Part shown: positions 18,290 through 28,923 of the stretch, in pieces
How positions within the stretch are numbered: position 1 is the stretch's first letter
Layout: the number at the start of each line of letters is the position of its first letter
Assembly: GCA_965198175.1 (NCBI GenBank)
Contig: OZ240245.1
Location: 3,584,001 to 3,648,000 of the forward strand
Direction of reading: 5' to 3'
Source of the DNA: Candidatus Poribacteria bacterium
GTDB lineage: Bacteria; Poribacteria; WGA-4E; PCPOR2b
Length of the DNA stretch: 64,000 nt
The notes under the pieces: generated by a model
Told to the model about the DNA's origin: nothing
What the model saw: the letters and a program-made list of their open reading frames with translations, nothing else
Databases searched by the model: none
Translations under genes and position numbers: made by a program

Positions 18290-21200
18290 ATGACATCAAA
18301 CCTCAATCCAAAAGATTTGATTCTTGCACATGGGCTTACAACGGAGCAAGTTGAAGATGTCCTCAAGAGCTACGGTCTCCAGGATTTGCCCCGAGCAAGC
18401 CGCAATCTACAAAATCTTGCCGGTGAATCGCCGGTGCGCGAAGCGTGTGCTGAGATTATTGGGACTTTGCTCAATTCGGTAGCGGATTCGGCACACCCAG
18501 ATTCTGCTCTGCACAATTTTGCACGGTTTGTGGATGTAACATTTGACCGACTCTGGCTTTATCATCTCCTGCGCGACGCACCATTCCTGACATCAATATT
18601 AGCGACATCCTTTGGATCGAGCACCTATTTCTCAGATATCCTGATCCGCAAACCGGAGTATTTTAATGGGCTCATTGACGCCAATGTGATGGCTGCCCCC
18701 AAGACCCAGGAGATTATGTACGACGAATTGTCCCAGTCCTTGCGTTCAGTAGATTCGGTCGAACAGAAATTGGACGTACTCCGACGCTACAAACGGAAGG
18801 AGAGTTTGCGGATTGGCGTTCGCGATCTCCTCGGTGACGCGGATTTAGAAACAACAACGCTAGAATTAACAAATCTCGCGGAAGCAGCGTTACAGAAATG
18901 CTATGAGATTGGCGAGAATGAACTCACATCAAGATTCGGAACGCCGCAAGCGGAACAACCCAACGGTGAAAAATCACGAAGTACGTTTGCGGTGATAGCA
19001 ATGGGAAAATTTGGTGGCTATGAATTGAATTTTAGCTCGGATATTGACGTGATGTTCATTTATTCGCGAGATGGAGAAACGAATCAAGGGGTTGAGAATC
19101 GGCAATACTTCAACAAACTATCCGAGTTCATTATTAACGGGCTTAGCGAGCTTACAGCAGAAGGGTATGTCTTCCGCGTTGACGCCCGGCTTCGCCCCGA
19201 GAGTAGCGCTGGAAGCATCGCACGCTCCATCGATAGTTACGAGGCATACTACGAGGGTTGGGGCGAAATCTGGGAACGCCAAGCGTTAATCAAAGCGCGT
19301 CCTGTGGCTGGCAATCTCAAACTGGGAAGACAGTTCATTGAAACGATTAAGCCGTTTGTCTATCAACGATATCTTGATGAATTCTCAATCGCTGAAATTA
19401 AGATGGATATCCGCCAGACGAAGGCGCGAATTGAGGATCGAATTCGTGAAAAGGAATCGTCTGTGAACAACCATGTTAAGCTCGGTAGCGGCTGCATTCG
19501 TGATATCGAATTCACGATTCAGTGTCTGCAACTAATCTATGGCGGTCCAAATTCTGCGTTGCGAAATTGCAATTCGCTAGAGACGATTGAACTGCTATAT
19601 CAATACAAGCTTCTGAGCCCGATGAATCGGGATGTGTTTGCGGACGCGTACCGTTTTTTGCGCACGGTTGAACATCGCCTCCAGATGGAAGGCGATCAGC
19701 AGCGTTACTCTCTCCCCTCAAAGACACCGGACCTGATTAAACTCGCTAGGTCAGTGGGGTATCGAGATACGAAATCTGTTTTGGCGTTGGAAGCGTTCCA
19801 CGCAGATTATAGACAGCATACACACGCGGTTCGCTTAATCTTCGAGAAAATCTTGGAGATTCCTGTTCCTGATGGAGGAATTGATTTTGCATCTCTGTTT
19901 ACGACGACAGAGGCGGGGTTGGTCCGCGAGATCTTGAATCCTTTTGGATTTGCGGATCCCCATGAAGCACGAAGGCGATTAAAGTCTATGGCGGAAGGAT
20001 CCGATGGGGTGCGTTTTTCGCCCAATGTTCGACGATTATTTGTTCAGCTCGCGCCTGTGCTGCTACACTTTCTGGCGGAATCTCCGGATCCAGACATGGC
20101 AATTCGATACATCGACGTTTTTGCAAGCAGAGTCGGAGCGCGCGCTTCATATTACACTCTGTTTCGTGATAATCCTTCGATTGCGGAGATGTTGGCGAAG
20201 TTATGTGGAACGAGCCGTTTTCTGGCTGAATTACTCATCGCGCACCCTGAATCGTTTGACGTGTTGACCGTATCCTCGGTGATGGCACACCCTAAAACTT
20301 TAGCCGAGAAGCAACGGGAGACGTTAGAGCTGATTGCCAACGTAGCAGATAGTCGGGTATTTGAAAAACTGCGGCAATACAAAAATAGCGAGGTCTTGCG
20401 TATAGGCATGCGGAGTATCTTAGCACAAGTTGAACTTGAATCCGAGGATTGGGACGAGACACCAAGAATCAAGGCGGATTTGTGGACGACCACCGCTGAA
20501 CTCTCCGATCTCGCTGAGGCAACGCTACAAGCGATGTATTCTCACATCAAGGATACGTTCCAATCTGAACACGGAAGACCTCTAGCAGAAGATGGGACTG
20601 AAGTAACCTTCGCCATCATCGGGATGGGAAAAGTTGGCGGTGGTGAACTGAACTTCAGCTCGGATTTGGACCTAATGTTAGTCTATTCAGCCGACGGTAA
20701 GACAACCGAAGGGGTAACCAATGCGGACTATTTCAGCGACTTCGGCTTGGCACTAGTCAACCGGTTGAAGGGAAGCACCGAAGGGGGATCCATCTACGAA
20801 CTCGATTTGCGACTACGTCCGTTTGGCAACGGCGGAGCGATTGCGATGCCACTAACTGGATACCAGAACTACTTCGATAAACATGCTGAAACGTGGGAAC
20901 GCCAAGCGTTGACCCGCGCCCGCCCGGTCGCAGGCAATATGCAACTGGGCGAGCAGTTCATCGCCCAGGCACACGCTTTTACCTATCACCGTCCGTTGAC
21001 CCCCGATGAAGTCACTCAGATTGCGCATACCCGGCAACGAAAAGAGGCACAAGCCACCCGTCCGGTTACGACACGACGCCGAAGAAAGAGCAGGACTCAG
21101 AATGTGAAAGCCGGCTACGGCGGACTCGTCGATATTGAATTTGCTGTGCAGATACTACAGTTAATTCATGGCACAGATTCTCTACAGGTGCGGGTGCAGC

Positions 21201-21496
21201 ACACGGTTGGAGCGATTACGCAGTTGCATGAGATTGCTGCGTTGACATACGACCAAAAAGCTCAGCTTCTTGAGGCTTATGAATTTCTGAGACGAGTGGA
21301 AAACAGCCTGAGAATCGTCCACGATCGTCCGCTGGACGCGCTACCGGATAAAGCAGCGGAGTTAGAGAAACTCGCCAGACGACTAGGCTACGTCGATCAG
21401 AACGGGGAGGTGTCAAGTCGGTTTCTTAAAGACTATCAGGATTGTACAAAGCGCACACGCACACTGTTTCATGAACTGCTCGGTATTCATAACTGA
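18290..21496 (+). CDS. glnE: Bifunctional glutamine synthetase adenylyltransferase/deadenylase
   Basis: Two nucleotidyltransferase domains, each with MGK(F/V)GG.ELNFSSD.D, DxRLRP and WERQAL. Confidence 0.96.
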   Translation: MTSNLNPKDLILAHGLTTEQVEDVLKSYGLQDLPRASRNLQNLAGESPVREACAEIIGTLLNSVADSAHPDSALHNFARFVDVTFDRLWLYHLLRDAPFLTSILATSFGSSTYFSDILIRKPEYFNGLIDANVMAAPKTQEIMYDELSQSLRSVDSVEQKLDVLRRYKRKESLRIGVRDLLGDADLETTTLELTNLAEAALQKCYEIGENELTSRFGTPQAEQPNGEKSRSTFAVIAMGKFGGYELNFSSDIDVMFIYSRDGETNQGVENRQYFNKLSEFIINGLSELTAEGYVFRVDARLRPESSAGSIARSIDSYEAYYEGWGEIWERQALIKARPVAGNLKLGRQFIETIKPFVYQRYLDEFSIAEIKMDIRQTKARIEDRIREKESSVNNHVKLGSGCIRDIEFTIQCLQLIYGGPNSALRNCNSLETIELLYQYKLLSPMNRDVFADAYRFLRTVEHRLQMEGDQQRYSLPSKTPDLIKLARSVGYRDTKSVLALEAFHADYRQHTHAVRLIFEKILEIPVPDGGIDFASLFTTTEAGLVREILNPFGFADPHEARRRLKSMAEGSDGVRFSPNVRRLFVQLAPVLLHFLAESPDPDMAIRYIDVFASRVGARASYYTLFRDNPSIAEMLAKLCGTSRFLAELLIAHPESFDVLTVSSVMAHPKTLAEKQRETLELIANVADSRVFEKLRQYKNSEVLRIGMRSILAQVELESEDWDETPRIKADLWTTTAELSDLAEATLQAMYSHIKDTFQSEHGRPLAEDGTEVTFAIIGMGKVGGGELNFSSDLDLMLVYSADGKTTEGVTNADYFSDFGLALVNRLKGSTEGGSIYELDLRLRPFGNGGAIAMPLTGYQNYFDKHAETWERQALTRARPVAGNMQLGEQFIAQAHAFTYHRPLTPDEVTQIAHTRQRKEAQATRPVTTRRRRKSRTQNVKAGYGGLVDIEFAVQILQLIHGTDSLQVRVQHTVGAITQLHEIAALTYDQKAQLLEAYEFLRRVENSLRIVHDRPLDALPDKAAELEKLARRLGYVDQNGEVSSRFLKDYQDCTKRTRTLFHELLGIHN

Positions 21497-21558
21497 GGGA
21501 TTTGGCCGCTATATCTTTAGTGCGAGAGACCTACAAGAGAATTGTATTTCCTGCCTTA

Positions 21559-22398
21559 TTAGCTACCGCCGTCGCGTCGATCATCGTGAAGTGCCTTGAA
21601 AGTGTCCATGGGTTGCCCTGGGTTTTGATGGCAATTGTTCATGTACCACAGGTTCTTACCCAGGGAATCTAAGCACCCATATTTGTTCTGGTATTCTAAT
21701 ACTTGCGCGTCCGTGGCACGAGGGGCGTCGCGAAAGCTAACTACCCAGTCTTTATACTTAGGGTCTATGGGATAACCGTCACTGTTCAACTCGACGACAT
21801 GTCGAGCAACACCTTGTCTGCCACTGTAGCCTCCATTGGGAAGATGAAAAATCCACGAAACGTCCCCTTCCCACTGCAAACACATCATATGGTCATCTGT
21901 GTTCAAATTCGGTTTAACGTGGAAGGGGCCATTCTGTACGAATGCATCATACAATGTTCGATCTGGATGTGCCAACACGGCTGCAATTATAATTCTGTCA
22001 ACTGGTGTGGCGTATGCGGCACGGAGGTGTTGGTGTAGAATGTCCAATACGACTTCATATATTTCAGGTACGGTCTTGCGCAGATGTGTACGGAGTGTAT
22101 CATACGTGATTATCCGTTGCAGGTACCGCGAGACTTGCCACATCGTGTCTTGGCATTGTGCGTCGGATATGTTTCCCGCAGCAACTTCGGTACCTAGAAA
22201 GTCAATGAAGTGTCGTTCCACATCGTATGGTATGTGCAGGTCTCTGAGTTTGAGCTTAATGCGTTCTTCCGTATCACTATCCACAACGACCGGCATATCA
22301 ACATCCACATCATCTTCTGCAAGCGGGGATAGCGGTGGGTTATCTTCACTACAGCTGTACACGAATGCGCAAAGCGTGAGAATCAAAAGTGATTTCAT
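21559..22398 (-). CDS. Hypothetical lipoprotein (paralog of the upstream gene)
   Basis: Lipobox MKSLLILTLCAFVYSC; motif DGYPIDPKYKDWVVSFRDAPRAT. Confidence 0.75.
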   Translation of the reverse strand: MKSLLILTLCAFVYSCSEDNPPLSPLAEDDVDVDMPVVVDSDTEERIKLKLRDLHIPYDVERHFIDFLGTEVAAGNISDAQCQDTMWQVSRYLQRIITYDTLRTHLRKTVPEIYEVVLDILHQHLRAAYATPVDRIIIAAVLAHPDRTLYDAFVQNGPFHVKPNLNTDDHMMCLQWEGDVSWIFHLPNGGYSGRQGVARHVVELNSDGYPIDPKYKDWVVSFRDAPRATDAQVLEYQNKYGCLDSLGKNLWYMNNCHQNPGQPMDTFKALHDDRRDGGS

Positions 22399-22415
22399 TT
22401 GTAGGTCTCCTTTCA

Positions 22416-23210
22416 TTACTTCTTAACGCAATCGTAGGCGTTGGGGCTGCGTATGCGGTTGTATCTCGCAATTTGCTCAGCGGTCGCACGGGGCGCATCG
22501 TCAAAATGAACTATCCAATCCTTGTATTTCGGTTCGACCGGCAAACCATCTGCTTTATCTATCACAATGTAGGCGGCATGCTCGCGCTTGCGCTTGTCTG
22601 GAACATCAGGTGTATTCACCTCACCTTTTTCCACCCAGTCCGCAACTATCTGATTTAATACGGTTTGGTGCTTGGGTTCGTCCAACAGGCCTGGACCTCC
22701 GCGGGGTTCGGCACCCACTAGCCAGCCTCGTCCACGCTCTCCATCGTATAGTCCGATCAGTTTTATGTGTCTCGCTCTCCAGTAGACGACTTTGAGCCCA
22801 GTTGGGTCAGGGTCGAAAGCGACTTTTACACTACGATCTTTAAACCAAGACGCCACTACGATTCGGCTGCGGTCGTCATGCGTAGCCGCGGGGTGAGGTA
22901 CATCTTTCGCGCGATTGTATGCTCCCTCCGAGACAGCACGCTTCAAGTGCAGGTCAACCACAGTGTGATGCGTGTCTCCTTGACAGAGATCGTAAATGTA
23001 TTGGAGGAACGCCTGAAATTCGGGTTCAGGCATGTCCGACTGAAGATTGGCATACCGCTTAGCAAGCGCAAGCGGTAAGTGTGCAGGGATTTCGTACCGG
23101 ATTGGTATTTCTTGGACAACAGGCTCTAGTTTATTAGGAATCGGCGGTTTACTTTCGCTGCAAGCCAAGCCCATCGCTAAAATCGTGGTGACAATCAACA
23201 TACGTGCCAT
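22416..23210 (-). CDS. Hypothetical lipoprotein
   Basis: Lipobox MARMLIVTTILAMGLAC; motif DGLPVEPKYKDWIVHFDDAPRAT; GGAGG RBS. Confidence 0.75.
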   Translation of the reverse strand: MARMLIVTTILAMGLACSESKPPIPNKLEPVVQEIPIRYEIPAHLPLALAKRYANLQSDMPEPEFQAFLQYIYDLCQGDTHHTVVDLHLKRAVSEGAYNRAKDVPHPAATHDDRSRIVVASWFKDRSVKVAFDPDPTGLKVVYWRARHIKLIGLYDGERGRGWLVGAEPRGGPGLLDEPKHQTVLNQIVADWVEKGEVNTPDVPDKRKREHAAYIVIDKADGLPVEPKYKDWIVHFDDAPRATAEQIARYNRIRSPNAYDCVKK

Positions 23211-23311
23211 CTGAAGCCTCCATTCATTGGTCAGTAATACGCTTTTGTTGTTGGGTGTTCGCAAGGAAACCACTTTATCGAAACTGAATCCTGCATTTTG
23301 ATTGGTAAAGT

Positions 23312-23327
23312 AGCAAATTATATGCCA
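23312..23327 (-). promoter_or_regulatory. Sigma-54 (-24/-12) promoter
   Basis: TGGCAT-ATAAT-TTGCT on the minus strand, about 100 bp upstream of the lipoprotein pair. Confidence 0.7.
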
Positions 23328-23790
23328 TAACGGGCAATTCGCCTCAATTCGGACTCGACAAGCCTAATGTATCATGGCGCAGGGCTTTTCGAATCGGCGA
23401 GGTAGCCGTATCAAAAGAGGCACTACACGTCAATTGACCTGAGTTGTTGTCTAATTTTCTGCTTTTTGTGTAAGCCCTAGCGATGAAAATAATCCATTCA
23501 ACTCACTCGCGAGGGGGTGAATCTAGTGTTCCAAACGGTGCAACTTCCTTGAGAACTTGCACCAAATGGGGCAAACGCGCATAATGAAATTGGAATTAAA
23601 GGCGATTGTTCCCTTCTGATTCGGCGTGAATCCAGGCACCCTTCTGTATATTTTGCGTTCCGATAACCTACGGTTATGTTTTGGCAACTCGCTTTCGTCA
23701 CACTAGAACACATCGTGGTAGGGCAAAATGGCTTGCTTAAACTCGGAAGATCGCTTATAATTTTCATCGTCTTTTGAAGGGAGATAGGAC

Positions 23791-24843
23791 ATGTCAGACA
23801 AATATCGCGTCGGGATTATCGGCTGTGGCAGCATTGCCCATTTGCACGCAGACAGTTACCGGAGCGTGGAGTCAATTGAGGTTGTCGCAATTGCTGACCC
23901 CGTTGAGGAGGCGTTGAATGAGTTTGGCGCTCGCCACAACATTAAGAACCGATATCACGACGCCCGCGAAATGCTCGACAAAGAAGACTTGGGCATCGTA
24001 ATCGTTACAACGTGGCCAAAGTTACATGTAGCGATGACCGCAGCCGCCTGTTCGCGAAAACCGTACGCGGTGATTTGCGAGAAACCGATGGCGGCGACCC
24101 TCGGCGAATGTGATGAGATGTTGACTGTCGCCTCGCGCTACAATGTCAAGCTGGCGATTGGACATCAGCGACGGTTTAATTCGGCTTGGACAATGGCTCG
24201 CGACTTAATTGCTGGCGGAACGATTGGCGATCCACGACAGATTGTTTGCAGAGGTGGTCAGGGGTTGCTGAATGACTGTTCACACCTAATCGATATGATG
24301 CGATACGTACTTAGCGACCCCAACGCGTCTTGGGTTATCGGCAACGTCGAACGCAAAACGGAACGATATGAGCGTGATATACCGATTGAAGATCGGAGTG
24401 CCGGGATTGTCGGGTTCGATAATGGTTGCGTCGGTTTGCTGCTTCAGGAGATTGCTGGTCCCAACGATTACGGCGGCTTAATCTACGGTACAGACGGGAT
24501 TATAGATTTGACGGAACAGCGGGTGCGTGTGCTCAACAGTCGGTCTGCAGAATGGGAGGAATGCCAAGCAGATAACGAAAATCCATGGGAGGCGCAAATT
24601 CGGGAGTTAGTCTCATGGATTGAGGGAAAAACGGAGCACCGTGGCGATGCAATACACGGGCGTGCAGCAGTAGAAATCATCATGGCGATTTACGAATCTG
24701 CGCGGATGCACGAGGTTGTGCAGATGCCCGTCCGAACGCTTTGCTCGCCGTTAGAGCTGATGATTGAAAGCGGTGAGCTACCGGTTGAACGTCCGGGGCG
24801 TTACGACATACGAGCGTTTCTGCTTCGTGGGGAGGCGAGGTAA
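23791..24843 (+). CDS. Gfo/Idh/MocA oxidoreductase
   Basis: VGIIGCGSIA, ICEKPMA, GHQRRF. Confidence 0.92.
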   Translation: MSDKYRVGIIGCGSIAHLHADSYRSVESIEVVAIADPVEEALNEFGARHNIKNRYHDAREMLDKEDLGIVIVTTWPKLHVAMTAAACSRKPYAVICEKPMAATLGECDEMLTVASRYNVKLAIGHQRRFNSAWTMARDLIAGGTIGDPRQIVCRGGQGLLNDCSHLIDMMRYVLSDPNASWVIGNVERKTERYERDIPIEDRSAGIVGFDNGCVGLLLQEIAGPNDYGGLIYGTDGIIDLTEQRVRVLNSRSAEWEECQADNENPWEAQIRELVSWIEGKTEHRGDAIHGRAAVEIIMAIYESARMHEVVQMPVRTLCSPLELMIESGELPVERPGRYDIRAFLLRGEAR

Positions 24844-24937
24844 TCTTCATAAGACAGCAGCACGGATGAGCGCTTATTCCGATTTCAGAAATAGAAAGTG
24901 TATGCGCAGTCACCGATTGTTCAAAAAAGGACGATGA

Positions 24938-25768
24938 ATGACCATTACTGAAGCGATTGTGCTTGGCGTTTTGCAGGGGTTGACCGAGTTTCTACCGGTG
25001 AGCAGTTCTGGACATTTGGTGTTGATGCAGCATTTTCTCGAGATGAAAGAGCCGCAGGTCTTTTTTGACGTGATGCTTCACGTGGGGACACTCGGCGCAG
25101 TTGTGGTTGTGTATCGTCAATCGATTTGGGCACTGACGCGAACCGGTATTTCCGCTTTTGCCAGCGCAAGCTTTTACCGACACTCCATCCGCACAATCAA
25201 TGACAACCGGGATCTCAAACTGGTCTGGTTCATCCTAATCGGCTCAATTCCAACTGGACTAATTGCCATTTTGTTCAAAGATCAGTTTAAAGCGCTGTTC
25301 GCCAAACCTGAGATTGTCGCCGCCATGCTTATCGTTACCGGTCTGCTGCTGCATCTGCCTCGTCTGAGGCGAGAGAAGCAGCACGGAAACCTTTCTCTAC
25401 GGGCGTGGCATACACCCCTAATCGGCATCGCCCAAGGGCTTGCCATTACGCCGGGGATTTCCAGATCTGGATCAACAATCTCCCTTTGTTTGATGTTGGG
25501 TATATCTCCACAGATTGCAGCACAGTATTCTTTTCTTCTCGCGATCCCTGCGATACTCGGTGCACTTCTCCTCGAAATTGGGGGCGTACTTAAGGATGTA
25601 GCCGAGGTTACGCTCGTTCCCACTCTAATCGGCACCCTAACTGCATTTGTCGCAGGTTACATTGCTTTGCGCGTTCTGCTTACCACACTAAATCGAGGGA
25701 AGTTCTCCCTGTTTTCCTACTACTGCTTTGCCGTAGGGGGCACAGTTCTCATCAGGATGGTATGGTGA
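24938..25768 (+). CDS. uppP: Undecaprenyl-diphosphate phosphatase
   Basis: QGLTEFLPVSSSGHL, PGISRSGST. Confidence 0.95.
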   Translation: MTITEAIVLGVLQGLTEFLPVSSSGHLVLMQHFLEMKEPQVFFDVMLHVGTLGAVVVVYRQSIWALTRTGISAFASASFYRHSIRTINDNRDLKLVWFILIGSIPTGLIAILFKDQFKALFAKPEIVAAMLIVTGLLLHLPRLRREKQHGNLSLRAWHTPLIGIAQGLAITPGISRSGSTISLCLMLGISPQIAAQYSFLLAIPAILGALLLEIGGVLKDVAEVTLVPTLIGTLTAFVAGYIALRVLLTTLNRGKFSLFSYYCFAVGGTVLIRMVW

Positions 25769-25827
25769 CGTGTAGGAATAACGAAGCGAAGTTGCTTGTT
25801 CCGACTAGAAGCGGTTTTCCCTCATTT

Positions 25828-26916
25828 TCACACGTTAAATCGGATGGTTAACACATCTCCATCCTGTACGACGTATTCTCTCCCTTCGAGCCGCAGTAAT
25901 CCGAGTTCTCTCGCCTTTGCGGGACTTCCACAGTCCACGATCCTTTTCCAGTGGATAGTTTCCGCGCGGATAAATCCACGTGCCAAGTCCGTGTGGATGG
26001 TAGCCGCAGCATCTACTACCGTAAGCCCGCGCGGAAGGGTCCAAGCCCGCAATTCCATGGAAACGACAGTGAAAAATGTAATCAGCCCCAACAGACGGTA
26101 TGATGCTTGTATTACCCGCTTCAGCGCAGATTCTTCTAATCCCATTTCACCGAGAAAAATCCGTACATCTTCCGCATCTAATTGAGCGATTTCCATCTCG
26201 AGTTTTGCTGAAAGCAGAATTACCTCAGTTTGGAACTCACCGTCAATTTTCGCAAACCTCTCATGTATCTGTTCTACTTGATCCAATTGATTCTCTGCAA
26301 TATTGAGAATCAACAAGAGCGGCTTCTGTGTCAAGAATCCGTATCCTCGTATTGCCTGCGCATTTTCTGGGGTGATGTCAATTTCTCTGAGGGGAATACC
26401 ACTCTCCAGCGTCTCTTTGCAACCTTCCAACACGGCGAGTTCCTTTTCAAGGACCGGAGACTTTTTGGCGCGTAATTCGCGGTTGAGCCGCTCTAATCTT
26501 TTGTCAATAATCTGTAGATCTGCAAAGGTTAGCTCTAGGTCAACTGTTTCAATATCCCGCTTCGGATCTACGCTACCATCAACATGCGGCACCGAATCAT
26601 CTTCAAAAACGCGAACAACATGTGCGAGCGCATCAACTTGACGGAGATCTGCGATGACATCCGTGCCCAACCCACTTCGCTCGACGTTACCTTTTGAAAT
26701 CCCGGCAACGTCAACGTAATCAATACGCACCGGCGTAATCTGCTTCGGTTCTAATATCTCAGCCAGAGATTGCAACCGTTCGTCCGGCACCGTTACCACA
26801 CTGACATTTGATTGCTTCTTCTCAGTATATGTCCCTGTCTCCGCCCTGGATTGTGTCAGTGCGTTGAAAATAGCGGTCTTTCCAACATAGGGTAGCCCTA
26901 CAATACCAATTTTCAT
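25828..26916 (-). CDS. ychF: Redox-regulated ATPase YchF
   Basis: GIVGLPYVGKT, DVAGI, IHTDLARGFIRAE, YVVQDGD. Confidence 0.93.
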   Translation of the reverse strand: MKIGIVGLPYVGKTAIFNALTQSRAETGTYTEKKQSNVSVVTVPDERLQSLAEILEPKQITPVRIDYVDVAGISKGNVERSGLGTDVIADLRQVDALAHVVRVFEDDSVPHVDGSVDPKRDIETVDLELTFADLQIIDKRLERLNRELRAKKSPVLEKELAVLEGCKETLESGIPLREIDITPENAQAIRGYGFLTQKPLLLILNIAENQLDQVEQIHERFAKIDGEFQTEVILLSAKLEMEIAQLDAEDVRIFLGEMGLEESALKRVIQASYRLLGLITFFTVVSMELRAWTLPRGLTVVDAAATIHTDLARGFIRAETIHWKRIVDCGSPAKARELGLLRLEGREYVVQDGDVLTIRFNV

Positions 26917-27155
26917 TGAATTCTCCAGCCGGAAATGTGACAATAGCATAACATCTTAAAATCGCTTGTGTCAACGGAATTTGTACGAATAGCACTTCGA
27001 TAATGATTGGTATTAGAATTGTTCCTGCGGTTGCTTGAAGCAGAGCATGAAGCAGCCGTACGCTATGGGGAGGGTCGTCTAAAGCGCGACATGCTCTGCT
27101 AACACGTTGGCGGACTTTCAGGCTGCGTAGATCGCCCAATGCGCCGATAAAGTCC

Positions 27156-27185
27156 TTGACATTGAGCTCTCTCCTTTGGTATCAT
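27156..27185 (+). promoter_or_regulatory. Sigma-70 promoter of the tRNA pair
   Basis: TTGACA-N18-TATCAT, with TG immediately upstream of the -10. Confidence 0.65.
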
Positions 27186-27204
27186 TCTATCCGTATGATA
27201 ATCT

Positions 27205-27277
27205 GCCGAGGTAGCTCAGTTGGTAGAGCAGTGGACTGAAAATCCATGTGTCGGCAGTTCGATTCTGCCCTTCGGCA
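27205..27277 (+). tRNA. tRNA-Phe (GAA)
   Basis: GCCGAGG acceptor stem, TAGCTCAGTTGGTAGAGC D-arm, CT-GAA-AA loop, GTTCGATTC T-arm; no encoded CCA. Confidence 0.97.
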
Positions 27278-27329
27278 TTCATAATATCTACAGCCCCATC
27301 ATGAATGATGGGGCTGCATTCTATTGTGA

Positions 27330-27402
27330 GCCGGTGTAGCTCAGTGGCCAGAGCAACTGATTCGTAATCAGTAGGTCGGAGGTTCAAATCCCCTCACCGG
27401 CT
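27330..27402 (+). tRNA. tRNA-Thr (CGT)
   Basis: GCCGGTG/CACCGGC acceptor stem, TT-CGT-AA loop, GGTTCAAATCC T-arm; no encoded CCA. Confidence 0.96.
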
Positions 27403-27515
27403 TTTCCTATTTCTTCCTTCCACAGCCACGTTGCAATCCTTTTACTAAATTACCTCATCAATTGATCGGGGGCATCCATTGTTACTTGTTTCTCGCGTTT
27501 GCCTTTCGGCTTGCT

Positions 27516-27542
27516 TAAACCTTTTACGCCTTGACACGTCTA
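27516..27542 (+). promoter_or_regulatory. Putative ECF autoregulatory promoter
   Basis: TAAAC-N16-CGTCTA, 16 nt upstream of the ECF sigma ATG. Confidence 0.6.
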
Positions 27543-27558
27543 CAACGGAAGATTGTCC

Positions 27559-28131
27559 ATGAAAGCCGACCCAGATCGATTCCTCATTGAGTGCGTACAG
27601 AGTGGGGATATCGCCGCATTTGGTGAGCTTGTTCAGAAGTATCAGAAGCGAATTTACGAACTCGCATATCGTTTTACTCACCATCCAGAAGATGCTTCTG
27701 ATCTTAGTCAGGAAATTTTTCTCAAAGCGTTCAAAGCCTTGGGGAAATTTGAGAGTAAATCCACGTTCTACACATGGATTTATCAGATTGCAAAGAATAC
27801 CTGCATTGATTATACGCGGCGAAGAACTGGACGCACCGATTTACCCTTCGTTGATGAAATCTTACCGGATGATTCGCAAGTCCAATCTCAATGTTCTGCG
27901 GATCTTGTGTTTCGTCATTTGGAACAGGTTGAGCTTGAAGCTGAAATTAAGAAAGCCATTGAACAGTTGTCCCCACGTCAAAAACAGGTTTTTATTTTGA
28001 GGCATTATGAAGGATTAGCTTTGCGGGAGATTGCAGTTACGCTTAACCTGCGTGTTGGCAGTGTTAAGGCGCATCTGTTTAATGCAACGCGAAAATTACG
28101 GAAACTGCTCACGCCTTATTTGGAAGAGTAA
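27559..28131 (+). CDS. ECF RNA polymerase sigma factor
   Basis: DLSQEIFLKAF, FYTWIYQIAKN; region 4 LSPRQKQVFILRHYEGL. Confidence 0.95.
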   Translation: MKADPDRFLIECVQSGDIAAFGELVQKYQKRIYELAYRFTHHPEDASDLSQEIFLKAFKALGKFESKSTFYTWIYQIAKNTCIDYTRRRTGRTDLPFVDEILPDDSQVQSQCSADLVFRHLEQVELEAEIKKAIEQLSPRQKQVFILRHYEGLALREIAVTLNLRVGSVKAHLFNATRKLRKLLTPYLEE

Positions 28132-28137
28132 TCTATC

Positions 28138-28803
28138 ATGAGATGCGAGCCAGCAGAAAAATTATTGCTCGACTATATTGAAGGAACGCTGCCTCTAAAG
28201 CCAAAAGACCGGTTAGAGTATCATCTGGGCAACTGTCTTCATTGTCAAGAAGTTCTGGAGGGCTTTGAGAAAACCATCCACCTTGCCGGTAGTTTGCCAG
28301 TCAAATATCCTTCGTCAGAGGCTTGGGAAGATTTTTGGCCTAAGCTGAGAAGTCAAGTCTCGCAGAACCCAGCTCTTGAAAATCGCCTTTCGCTCAGAAC
28401 ACATAAATGGAAAATTGCCGCCGCAGTTTGCATTTTAGTCGCCCTTCTAGGCTTTTGGGGGCTATGGAGCTACGGTTTGTTCAAAATTCCGATGGCAGAC
28501 CGAAGTCCCTCCTTAGATGAACGAATTGTCCAGAATTTTATGGGGGAGATTTCTTCAAAGTACTTACAAGAGCTATTAAGTCAAGAACTCCAACGTCTGG
28601 ATGGGACGAGCTTAACCTGGAGCGGTGAGAATTTGCTGATGGATGAAATTGGGTTGCGGCAATCTACTGAAGGTAACAGTCTCGTGAGTCAATTGTTTGA
28701 GGTGATTGCCACCGAAGTCGATCGTGAGTATTTTGAAGATGACGAGTTGACGGATCTCGTCGCGTTAATGGAGAGTAGATTGATTCTCGCTTCACTACGC
28801 TAA
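28138..28803 (+). CDS. Zinc-binding (zf-HC2) transmembrane anti-sigma factor
   Basis: HLGNCLHC motif plus a single TM helix; follows the ECF gene. Confidence 0.85.
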   Translation: MRCEPAEKLLLDYIEGTLPLKPKDRLEYHLGNCLHCQEVLEGFEKTIHLAGSLPVKYPSSEAWEDFWPKLRSQVSQNPALENRLSLRTHKWKIAAAVCILVALLGFWGLWSYGLFKIPMADRSPSLDERIVQNFMGEISSKYLQELLSQELQRLDGTSLTWSGENLLMDEIGLRQSTEGNSLVSQLFEVIATEVDREYFEDDELTDLVALMESRLILASLR

Positions 28804-28923
28804 AGCAATTTTCGCATTAGCAGTTGAACAGATATGAAAAGCCATCCATGAGCGGTGTACGCACTCTGTAAGTTTGCGGTTCCGCTCTGAACAATTACCA
28901 ATTTTCAAAGGAGGAAAATTACT

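Noticed and set aside
21526..22409. 10-bp inverted repeat GAGACCTACA/TGTAGGTCTC flanking one lipoprotein gene
   Set aside because: Short, one copy overlaps the RBS region, and no transposase or target duplication is present; probably chance.
27039..27100. 11-bp inverted repeat AGCAGAGCATG/CATGCTCTGCT between ychF and the tRNAs
   Set aside because: A single stem with no recognisable RNA family features; insufficient support.
27205..27402. tRNAs as an integration site for a genomic island
   Set aside because: No integrase and no duplicated tRNA 3' end seen in the window.
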